Source: Oopsacas minuta | Taxonomy: Eukaryota; Animalia; Porifera | Length of the DNA stretch: 64,000 nucleotides | Direction: 5' to 3' | Assembly (NCBI GenBank): GCA_024704765.1 | Contig: JAKMXF010000345.1 | Location: 1-64,000 of the forward strand | Shown: one piece after another, positions 13,401 to 23,306 of the stretch | Position numbering within the stretch: position 1 is the stretch's first letter | Layout of the letters: each line of letters begins with the position of its first letter | Made by a program: the position numbers and the translations under genes | Notes under the pieces: model-generated | Databases searched by the model: none | Told to the model about the DNA's origin: nothing | What the model saw: the letters and a program-made list of their open reading frames with translations, nothing else

Positions 13401-13621
13401 ATCACTTTTTCTTGCTCAAGTATCTAGTATTACTTTGTATGACTAGTTTGAATGTTTCCATATTATATTCGATAAGTAACTATAATTTCACCGAGCTCTA
13501 GTCCATCTAACACCCTTATACCAATTCTTCACACTATATTTCTATTATCTTTTTCCTCTTATAGGTATGTTATACAACTTGCTATTCTCTCCTAAATGAA
13601 TATTGTTCTATTCATCTCTAA
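4456..13621 (+). CDS. Type I membrane receptor: 4 C-type lectin domains + Ig-like domains + TM + Tyr-rich tail + degenerate PTP domain (~1878 aa, 15 exons)
   Basis: Exons joined by hand at GT-AG sites with consistent phase: 4456-4525 (MGTRFYQVGLLFTISALLSCILT signal peptide), 5186-5620, 6245-6652, 6732-7028, 7109-7351, 7539-7829, 7917-8354, 8513-8914, 8981-9277, 9466-9711, 9914-10189, 10259-10537, 10597-10881, 10978-12590, 13565-13621; total 5637 nt with no stops. CTL motifs WxxAxxxC..GGxL..WIGLND..WxDG. Ig-like GYYQCQ/GLYEFY/GYYSC strands. TM ~11304-11402 followed by KIRR. PTP motifs DYINAS-like NYINAS, QMIYQ, YWP, HCxxGxxxTG. Confidence 0.85.
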
Positions 13622-16167
13622 TATACATCATGATGTTTCAATATTTTGTGAATATTTTCTATCAAGTGTCCTATTTTTGTTGTTATATATATATATATAT
13701 GTATACATATATTACTAGTTGTATATTCTTGTGTTCTAATAGGCAATGAGACATGTTTAATGATAGTTATGATTGTTTGCATACAAATCAGTTTCGTATT
13801 CTACTTGCTTACCAAAATTTTGCAGGATTTGTGAAATACAGTAGAATCCCGTTAATACAAACATGGTTACTATGAATTACCAGATAAGACGAACAATGAA
13901 TTTTTTAGTTAAGAAATTCATAGCTCAGTGTATGTTAACTAAAATTATAATGAAAAGATTATTCAATAATTACTAATAATTGCATCATCAATTAATATTT
14001 ACGTACGTTAGCGGAGCATAATGATGCAATAATAACCTACTAATGTGTTACCATATGAGTGGGCTTTCACAAAAGGTCCAAAAAAGTGCATAATCGGGCC
14101 CACACAACCATGAGCAGAAAATATGGAAAGTAATGCAATTACAGAAAATGGATAACAGGTTCATGATCATTGTTCTTCCTATAGGATAGGGAATATTCCG
14201 TTTTTGTAAACGTGGCAATATAAATGATGCAATTATTAACCAGAGAAGATAATGGAGAGTTTTAGGTTACATTTATGAGATTCTAGCATCAAGCTAGCCA
14301 GTGTGTATGATTTATATGAAGGTATTATGTTACTCCATCGTAGTTTAAATGCTATTGACCCAGTTTTATCAGAGTAATGATTGTGTACACAGTCACCCAA
14401 ATGGAGCGGGCGATTATGATGATTGTACGGGGAGGGACTACTATTTGAGTAAATGTGGTATATGAATTGGCAAAGATGAAAACAAGCAAAATAAAATAGA
14501 TATACCTCACTTTGAATAACCAAGTTGTTTTATCAATAAAGGTTGGATGTGTCCAGAATCCAAGCCAAAAATAAATTGCATTATTATGGCTTCTTCGTAA
14601 TGCAATTTAGATACAAATAACAAATACAAATTTTAAGCTATGAAACGCAACAAATTATAATACGATAGAAAAGAATTTCGAAGATTATGGTTAAATGTAA
14701 AGATGTTGAATTTGGCGGTGAATTTATCATCTTTATATTCACAACAACCCAATATAATTCTATTGTCAAAATTATCAAAGAAATATTTAATATGATTAAA
14801 TCACAAACATGAAATACAAAGCTGCCTTTAATGCGTAGGCAATAATATATCGAGTTACAATCATCAGAATTATGATAATATTTCGGTAGTTTTAACATAA
14901 CGTTTATTATATATAAATTGTAAGTAATTAGTTTGTAGGGGGATATTTACTGAATCTATAATATGTTGTTTTGGTATGCAATCAAGCTTATTGTTATCTT
15001 TGGGATATTTTGTGATATAACTTCCTCGCAATCTTTTGGTATGCTATAATTATTCTTCAATCAACTACAAATACAGTATGTGAGCAACTATACAGTGGGT
15101 GCCGTGCCGAATATATGAACATGTATTACTACTCTGGATGAAGTTCTTATAATCAGCATCCACTACATTCGTTAATATTGAACAAGTATGTGTGTTTATC
15201 ACTATTATAGAGTTAACTTGGACAATTTGTCAAAATTGCATTACAAGAGGAGGAAATTCATGAAGTATAATTTCCGAAGATGAGAATGAAATGTTACAAG
15301 ATCTTGTAGCGAATTATCCTGGAAATACATTGAGTACACCTGTGTGGATTGGATTGAATTATTCGAGTTACAATGAATTATCAAATTTGGGAAGATGGTT
15401 ATCCAGTAACATATACTAAGTAGCTTATAATAAATGCTTTTGTAACAATCTCGTCCACTTTTGGCTGCTAATCGTGCTGCTAACTTCAGATCAATATCGA
15501 TGTCGGCCTTAGTTTCTAAGAATATATTTTAGGTAAAATGCTGAACTCTCAAAGAAAGTCTGTTTACATATAATCTAGTACATCATTGTCTTCAGAATTT
15601 CTGGGCAATCATCTGATACAAAGTTAGATTTTTCAATTAGCCTTGGTGGTACATTCATAGATGTTGTATTCACTGCCTGTCCCAATGGAGATACACTTAA
15701 TGAATCCATTATATTTTCAGAATATATATGATTGAAAGATGATGCATTAAATCTACACCTCTTGTGACTGAATGTTCAATTATTAGACTGTAGTGAAATA
15801 ATAATATTTCATAATTGCTCATGTAGTGCAGAGTTGCACGCGGGCCAAGTCAAAACTTTCGTGGCCTTGTAAGCCTGGCACAAATGCGCCGGTGTGCCCT
15901 GTAGGCCTAATTAATACTGCAGAATTTCTGCCCACCTCGTTCCCATCTAGCCTTGCATATTATGCAATCTCACCCAAATATCAGTGGGGGCCGTAGTACC
16001 ATTACAAAGTGTTCTGGTTGAAATCTTAAATCAGTTTAGACTCTATTTTTCATGCGCTTAAGACATACTATAAGTCTATTTCAAATATGTATATACAATG
16101 GATGCCCCCAGCAGTAGCGTCAAGGAGACGAATCAACAAAATCTGGGATATCTTATACAATGTATTT
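12057..16167 (+). repeat. Tandem segmental duplication, copy 2
   Basis: Direct repeat of 1-4098; unrelated sequence follows 16167. Confidence 0.97.
15213..15821 (+). pseudogene. Second copy of decayed C-type-lectin remnant
   Basis: Near-identical to 3143-3751, with the same in-frame TGA at 15261-15263. Confidence 0.6.
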
Positions 16168-16494
16168 TTCAAATTATGACGTGTTGGAGCAATTGAATTT
16201 CATTTTCGGAATTATCATCGAAGTAATACAAGTTCGAATTCAAAGAAGAAGAAATTCTAAAGTTGGTTAACGTTGACCAGATAATCTATTTGAATATATT
16301 CGTATGTAATTAAGCCTTTTTTGAATTTTTGTATATATTCCCTTATGTATATACAAAATTACCAAACAAATATGAACAATGTGAGAAGTTGACAATATTT
16401 TCATTAGATATTGAAATTTGTTTCTAGAAACATCATTCTCCACCTCGTACCTGTAGCTCTTACAAGTTCCTCCATCAATTCGGACCAAAACAAA

Positions 16495-16590
16495 ATCATT
16501 GAGTTTTATTATATAAGATACGAGCGCGCTTCGCTTGCTCTCGCTACGCGATTGTGAACACTTCGTGTCCACACTCGAGCCTACGACCCT
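16495..16590 (-). mobile_element. Helitron-like termini (3' end abutting a 5' end)
   Basis: Minus strand reads ...GAGCAAGCGAAGCGCGCTCG|TA|TCTTATATAATAAAACTCAA.... A GC-rich 3' end related to 25300-25335 is followed by a TC-start resembling the 5' ends at 19193, 19669 and 24317. Confidence 0.5.
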
Positions 16591-17431
16591 CGAATATTAA
16601 CTGATGATCTTAACCGTAACAACCATGATACTGCCATAATCTTCAAATCTGCTTACTTTATGTCCCCAAAGTGGACAAATATTTATGAAATGTTGTTTGC
16701 AATTTCATATTAAGACTCAGCATATTTGATTAACTCAAGTATAGCCTTTAAATGTTTGAATCTACTACGAATATGAAATTTGTTTACTTTATGTACCTAA
16801 AAGTAACAAATATTCCCAATAAGTTGTCTACAATATCATGTTCGGAATCAGCATACTCGCTTCCCACTACAATGTTGTTAGTAACTTTTCCCCTGGATCA
16901 TAGATCAAATCCCGGGATGTTCCAGGTATCTCTGTGTAGTCGGAAAACTATACGTATGCTAATTGTAACTTACTAAATTGCAATTTGTCCAAATTTATAT
17001 TCACAATTAGGTAGTTTGTGAAGAATTTTCACTTGGATTAGTGTATATCATTCCCCGGACTATGGCCAGACTTCTTAATATTGTTGTTGGCGGGTGAATT
17101 TTCAAGGAAGAATATTGATTTTTGGATAAATTGAATATTTGATTTTCCATAATCCCTAGTATATGAGTTTATGACAAATTCCGAAGTTGGAATTGATTTT
17201 GGACACTTTCCAATATTATTAATTCCAGGAATATGTTAGGATGAATTCCAACTACTCGTATAGAATATTCAATGGTAAATGAATTGATGCTACTTTAGCC
17301 ACGATAGTATGCACATATAAACTACAAGCTCTGTAGCGCGATACTGTCCAGGTAACATGTACTTAATCATTAATATAGTAATGATATAAGAAGAATACTA
17401 TAGTCTTTTATTCAAAACTCTGCTACTTGTT

Positions 17432-18733
17432 ATGAAGGACTTGAAACAAAAAGGATTGTCTATTTTCTTTGGTGTAATAATAATAGTAACCCTTATTACA
17501 ACGTTCTATCTTACATTCGGCAAACCATACGAAGAAGATTTTGCGAAAGTAGAAATTCACACAAATAACAATGAGAAAATAATTGAAGACCAATTGGGCG
17601 AGCCAAAAGAAGAAGAATTTGTGGAAATTGAGATTCATACAAATAACAATGAGAAAATAATAGAGGATAATGGTAGCTGGATAGAATACAGTGAGAACTG
17701 GGACCAAGAAGTCCTGGTTACAACTAATATCACTGAGAAAACGCTTACATTCACAGATGGTTATCGCATGAAAATGATGTCAAAGGGTCTACATCCACTC
17801 AACATACAACACAAATATCTACATGATAGAATTGATAGGATAGAGAAATTCTGTAGTGACTCACTACTCCAAAGTAAAGGAGTGTATAACTTTGGGGGAG
17901 GATATCATCGAGTCCGTTTCAGTGATAAATCTGAACTGCTTCAGTGTGCGGTGCTGAAGGTGAGTTCTCGTACATGGATTCGTGTTTTCAGAGAATTGGA
18001 AGGAATCAAGGAAGAACCTAAACCATACGTAAATACCATTAATAGGATATCACTGAGTATCAATTATCAGAAACCAAAACTAAACGCACGTAGATACCAG
18101 ACCTACACAAAGTTTTTGATAGCGAGAAATCCTTTCCAGAGATTATTATCAGCTTACAAAGAAATATTTATTACACATAACGGTTTGGGAAAACAGACGT
18201 TTAACGAAATTATCATTATAAATTATCTCTCAAATTTTACCGAAGAATCTATAACACAAATGAGAAATGAATTGAAAAGAAGAAAGAAGAAGTTAACACA
18301 AAGTGTAGATGATAGCATTATTCAGCAGATTAGAAGAATGAATGTAGAATATGGAAAATCACAAATCACATTCTTGGAATTCTTAAATTTTGTGGTCTAT
18401 ACTTTCAGAAATAAAGGCATCGAAAGTTTGGACGATCATTGGAAACCTATCAGCTATTTTTGTGATCTGTGTGCTATTAAATATGACATTATTGCCAAAT
18501 TTGAAACTTTGAAAGAGGATTCAGATGCTATTCTAAACTACGTACAGAGAAACAATCCAAATCATAATGTCACATTCCCCGATGACGATCCATATACCAC
18601 ATTTGATCGTTGTAATGAAGCATTCAAGATTGTACCATTACATGTGAGAAGATCACTCTATGAACTATTCAAAGAAGATTATCTACTATTTGATTATGAG
18701 TATAGAGGAGATGATGAGTACAATATTTGCTAA
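17432..18733 (+). CDS. Carbohydrate sulfotransferase, Sulfotransfer_2 family (CHST8-14/HNK-1ST-like), copy A, intronless, 433 aa
   Basis: N-terminal type II TM (LSIFFGVIIIVTLITTFYLTF). 5'-PSB-like CAVLKVSSRTW; 3'-PB KFLIARNPFQRLLSAY; HWKP..C.LC.IKYDIIAKFETLKED; LYELFKEDYLLFDY. Confidence 0.92.
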   Translation: MKDLKQKGLSIFFGVIIIVTLITTFYLTFGKPYEEDFAKVEIHTNNNEKIIEDQLGEPKEEEFVEIEIHTNNNEKIIEDNGSWIEYSENWDQEVLVTTNITEKTLTFTDGYRMKMMSKGLHPLNIQHKYLHDRIDRIEKFCSDSLLQSKGVYNFGGGYHRVRFSDKSELLQCAVLKVSSRTWIRVFRELEGIKEEPKPYVNTINRISLSINYQKPKLNARRYQTYTKFLIARNPFQRLLSAYKEIFITHNGLGKQTFNEIIIINYLSNFTEESITQMRNELKRRKKKLTQSVDDSIIQQIRRMNVEYGKSQITFLEFLNFVVYTFRNKGIESLDDHWKPISYFCDLCAIKYDIIAKFETLKEDSDAILNYVQRNNPNHNVTFPDDDPYTTFDRCNEAFKIVPLHVRRSLYELFKEDYLLFDYEYRGDDEYNIC

Positions 18734-19088
18734 CATTCTTCCTGATATCTGATATAAGTATGTATGTGTGTAAGTGGATACTAATTTATTCTATCCAGGT
18801 CACTGGACTTTAAATTGTTACTATTTATACATATGGTATCTAAATTATCTACCTCATCATCGTGGTAGATGATCAAGTAGATAATCTATGGGGTATTGCA
18901 ATAGATTCTATCAATGAGAGAATATATGATGCTCATCGTTAGTCACCGAGGTGTCAGAATGAGTTGATATTAATATGACATAAACCTTCTAGGCTAGCAT
19001 TGATATAATCCGAATGGCATCTGACTAACTTCACTGGTTACATAATTATAATGTGATAAAGTGTGCTCGATTTTTATATTATATAAAA

Positions 19089-19669
19089 TGAGCCCTTGGC
19101 TCGTCGCTTCGCGATGAACTCGGCGCATTGCGCCTCGAGGTATTCAACGAACAAACAAACAGGCAAACAACAATTGAGTTTTAATAATATTGATGTTGTT
19201 TACCTTATTCAGACTCAGCATACTCGAGTATGGCAGTATAGTCGTTGAAAGTATGATTCTACCTCAATTTTGAAATGTGTTTACTGTATATTCATAAAAA
19301 CAACAATAAATTTTCATCTAAGAAAATCGAAAATGCGAAATTCGGATCCAGCGTATTGTATTAGCCCTGGGTAGCCGTTTAAAGCAAGCCTGTATTTATA
19401 TTTTGAGATTTGGATAATTTGTTTACATTATATTCATAAAAAACAACAATAAATTTGCATATACTTAATCTAAAAGAGTGAAAATTAGATTCAGCATGTT
19501 GGATATATTGAGTGAAAATTTATTGAATTCTTTTACTACCTTGATAAACGATAAATACACATAGTTGTGCGACAATTTCAAATTGTATACAGTAAATCCT
19601 TTCCTTGACAACGGACAAACAAAGAAACAGACAACCAGACAAGCAACAATTGAGATATAATAATATAGA
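19089..19669 (-). mobile_element. Compound non-autonomous Helitron-like element (5' ends at 19669 and 19193, 3' end at 19089)
   Basis: Minus strand: A|TCTATATTATTATATCTCAATTGTTGCTTGTCTG... and ...CGCGAAGCGACGAGCCAAGGGCTCA|T. Shares both termini and an internal ACAGGCTTGCTxTAAACGG block with 24317-24667. No TSD; A|T target. Confidence 0.7.
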
Positions 19670-19876
19670 TTATTAAGGCTACATATACTCTCTCATTGAT
19701 AGAATCTATTGCATTACCCCATAGATTATCTACTTGATCATCTACCACGATGATGAGGTAGATAATTTAGATACCATATGTATAAATAGTAACAATTTAA
19801 AGTCCAGTGACCTGGATAGAATAAATTAGTATCCACTTACACACATACATACTTATATCAGATATCAGGAAGAATG

Positions 19877-21139
19877 TTAGCAAATATTGTACTCATCATC
19901 TCCTCTATACTCATAATCAAATAGTAGATAATCTTCTTTGAATAGTTCATAGAGTGATCTTCTCACATGTAATGGTACAATCTTGAATGCTTCATTACAA
20001 CGATCAAATGTGGTATATGGATCGTCATCGGGGAATGTGACATTATGATTTGGATTGTTTCTCTGTACGTAGTTTAGAATAGCATCTGAATCCTCTTTCA
20101 AAGTTTCAAATTTGGCAATAATGTCATATTTAATAGCACACAGATCACAAAAATAGCTGATAGGTTTCCAATGATCGTCCAAACTTTCGATGCCTTTATT
20201 TCTGAAAGTATAGACCACAAAATTTAAGAATTCCAAGAATGTGATTTGTGATTTTCTATATTCTACATTCAATCTTCTAATCTGCTGAATAATGCTATCA
20301 TCTACACTTTGTGTTAACTTCTTCTTTCTTCTTTTCAATTCATTTCTCATTTGTGTTATAGATTCTTCGGTAAAATTTGAGAGATAATTTATAATGATAA
20401 TTTCGTTAAACGTCTGTTTTCCCAAACCGTCATGTGTAATAAATATTTCTTTGTAAGCTGATAATAATCTCTGGAAAGGATTTCTCGCTATCAAAAACTT
20501 TGTGTAGGTCTGGTATCTACGTGCGTTTAGTTTTGGTTTCTGATAATTGATACTCAGTGATATCCTATTAATGGTATTTACGTATGGTTTAGGTTCTTCC
20601 TTGATTCCTTCCAATTCTCTGAAAACACGAATCCATGTACGAGAACTCACCTTCAGCACCGCACACTGAAGCAGTTCAGATTTATCACTGAAACGGACTC
20701 GATGATATCCTCCCCCAAAGTTATACACTCCTTTACTTTGGAGTAGTGAGTCACTACAGAATTTCTCTATCCTATCAATTCTATCATGTAGATATTTGTG
20801 TTGTATGTTGAGTGGATGTAGACCCTTTGACATCATTTTCATGCGATAACCATCTGTGAATGTAAGCGTTTTCTCAGTGATATTAGTTGTAACCAGGACT
20901 TCTTGGTCCCAGTTCTCACTGTATTCTATCCAGCTACCATTATCCTCTATTATTTTCTCATTGTTATTTGTGTGAATTTCTACTTTCGCAAAATCTTCTT
21001 CGTATGGTTTGCCGAATGTAAGATAGAACGTTGTAATAAGGGTTACTATTATTATTACACCAAAGAAAATAGACAATCCTTTTTGTTTCAAGTCCTTCAT
21101 AACAAGTAACAAAGTTTTGAATGACAAATAATCTTTCAT
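19877..21139 (-). CDS. Carbohydrate sulfotransferase, Sulfotransfer_2 family, copy B, intronless, 420 aa (407 aa from the shared ATG)
   Basis: Identical to copy A except for loss of a 26-aa stem repeat, N>D, M>L and G>R substitutions, and a possible 13-aa N-terminal extension. Confidence 0.92.
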   Translation of the reverse strand: MKDYLSFKTLLLVMKDLKQKGLSIFFGVIIIVTLITTFYLTFGKPYEEDFAKVEIHTNNNEKIIEDNGSWIEYSENWDQEVLVTTNITEKTLTFTDGYRMKMMSKGLHPLNIQHKYLHDRIDRIEKFCSDSLLQSKGVYNFGGGYHRVRFSDKSELLQCAVLKVSSRTWIRVFRELEGIKEEPKPYVNTINRISLSINYQKPKLNARRYQTYTKFLIARNPFQRLLSAYKEIFITHDGLGKQTFNEIIIINYLSNFTEESITQMRNELKRRKKKLTQSVDDSIIQQIRRLNVEYRKSQITFLEFLNFVVYTFRNKGIESLDDHWKPISYFCDLCAIKYDIIAKFETLKEDSDAILNYVQRNNPNHNVTFPDDDPYTTFDRCNEAFKIVPLHVRRSLYELFKEDYLLFDYEYRGDDEYNIC

Positions 21140-21794
21140 TTGTTTTATATACCTTTCTAATTGTATTCACCTTGGTTAGAACACCAACGAGTACATAATA
21201 AGACATTCCTTTCGTGGGTGTTCTAGTTCTTCTTTCTTTTATATTTTCCCATTAATGCTTTATCATAATTATTTAGTTACTTCTTTCTATTATTGTGTAT
21301 TGTGAATTGCTGATAGCATGAGTAATATCCATCGAAATTTTCTATTCAAGGCTTCGCGTGGTCTACGTAATACATGGGCTGGAATCTACAACTATTTTCT
21401 GGACCAGGGATAAATAAGAAGTGCATTATTGCATAGTTTATACAAAATCAATACTCGTGATATTAGCAAACAAACTGAAGCTATCATCAAGTTTTCACAA
21501 ATATGATGTGATGATCGCACATTCCACATCTAGAAAATATTTTCTGGTTGAAAAGACGTCATGTGATCGCCTAATAGGCTGACATGTTATGAAAATGCTA
21601 AGGCTAGAAACCGCAAAATATTGATCTTTGATATCAAAGTTCAATTATGAAATATTCGAAATAAATTTTTATAGAAAATATCAAAATTGTTTTGATGAAG
21701 TTGGCTTGTTCTTGTTATACTACATAAGAGGGGAAATTTAGTGGAGTAGCAGTGTTTAGGACCGTTCCCTTACATTTATACTTAGGGATACACC

Positions 21795-22163
21795 CATTGG
21801 CGTAAATCCGTTCGCAAAAGTGGAGGGGATGATGTATTATACTATAATTATCAATAAAGGTATAAATTCAAGATTTAGTAATTGTGGTGTCCGAAGTACA
21901 CAAGGCTATCTACAACTATAAAATGAAATTTCCATATATTTTTGGAAAGTGAAATAAAATTATAAATATATTAAATTTCATAGTTCTGTTACAAATACTC
22001 CAATTATAGAATTCTATTGACATAATTATGGCAAAGATCTACATTAAAAGTACTCGGAATATACTCCTTTAGAGTATCCTCTGACCCAAATGGGGGAAAT
22101 CCGCCACAAAAAGTAGGCTGATATATGTATGCAGCACCCCGCCACCCCGGATTTACGCCCATG
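21795..22163. mobile_element. hAT-like MITE
   Basis: TIR CATTGGCGTAAATCCG / CGGATTTACGCCCATG; perfect 8-bp TSD GATACACC (21787-21794, 22164-22171). Confidence 0.85.
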
Positions 22164-22178
22164 GATACACCCCTGGGT

Positions 22179-22613
22179 CAGAGTTGAAATCGGATCCACT
22201 TTCAGAACCCGACCCAACCCGAACCCGAAGTGTAAATCAGTGTAGATATTAACTGAAATTCCTCTAGAATATATGTTTGGTTGACATTCTCACGAAAACA
22301 AATATCTACTTGTTATACAAAATACAGAATACTTGCGTAATATAGTATTGAGTAAATTAAGTAGCTAGTAACATGTTCTGTATTTTAAGGAAAATTTGTT
22401 CTTGCAATATTATGGGTTAATAATATTTATCCCATAAATGTCCTTTTGAGGCTATTTCATTAAAGTTCCATGTGATGTTTTCTAATGTAAATATAATCTT
22501 TCAAAAATAGAATTAAATCATTGAATTTAAAAAATTACGCACAAAGTTCGAACTGATCAACTTTGAACCCGACCCGACCCGACTCGAGAAACCCGAGCCC
22601 GATTCCAACTCTG
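22179..22613. mobile_element. hAT-like MITE
   Basis: TIR CAGAGTTGAAATCGG / CCGATTCCAACTCTG; subterminal (A)CCCGA repeats; TSD CCCTGGGT/CCCTGGGC. Confidence 0.85.
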
Positions 22614-23154
22614 CCCTGGGCATAGGGTCCTCTGGTGAAAGAGAGCTGAGGTTGGGAACTGCTGCATTAACAAAAGACTAATGCACGAATATAGCCTCAA
22701 AATTTCGGTGGATCCGAAAAAATGTAATGTTTAAATCCAGCGAAATTTGCAATGTTTGAATATATTCGAGTAAAACGGAAGATTCGAATAATTGATTTGG
22801 GACATCATATTCTGAGAATGATCCGAAAATTCAGGCATTTGGCAGTGAATATTTGAGTTCTATAAAGTCATTTCTGTGAAAGCCGCGGTTATTTCTCTAT
22901 TTTCCAATTTACATGTGATAATTCATAGTATTTGCATTACACCTGATCTGCTCTATAGAATATAACAATACACTGATTACATGGTTTTATATGCCCTTTT
23001 GAAATACATTCATATATATTGTAACTTCATATATGAATTTACTTCAAAGTTTTTGATATTTCTAGTTTTGTAAGTTAATTTCTGGTTGCGATATTCTCTC
23101 GAAAATCTGATATCAGTATTCGAATTACAGCAGAACTCGTACGGATAGTACATA

Positions 23155-23306
23155 CAGTTAACTCCCGTTATATCGAATACCCGCATATATCAAAGTCTGA
23201 AATTGTACAAATATGGTCCCAAGCCGTCAAAGTAACAGAAATTTCATCGATTATATAGAAGTAATTATTGCGGTCCTTTGAAAGACGATATATTGCGCAT
23301 TGACTA
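23155..23306. mobile_element. TA-target Tc1/mariner-like MITE family A (CAGTCAACTC..TATATCGAA)
   Basis: TA|CAGT(C/T)AACTC ends and a shared core CAAATATGGTC(C/T)CAAACCGTCAAAGTAAC. Related copies or fragments at ~25951-26095, 29398-29678, 30691-30830, 36498-36597, 44342-44473 and 58886-59069. Confidence 0.8.

Larger units (their letters stand above)
17410..21122. repeat. Large inverted duplication: arms 17410-18928 and 19682-21122, spacer ~750 bp
   Basis: The right arm is the reverse complement of the left from ATTCAAAACT (22 bp before the ATG) to ~195 bp past the stop; the left arm carries an extra 78 bp. Confidence 0.97.

Noticed and set aside
16267-16572. 101-aa minus-strand ORF
   Set aside because: Runs through Helitron-like termini; no protein family recognised.
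21318-21506. Coding-like frame MSNIHRNFLFKASRGLRNTWAGIYNYFLDQG*...
   Set aside because: Internal stop, no recognisable homology, no splice support.
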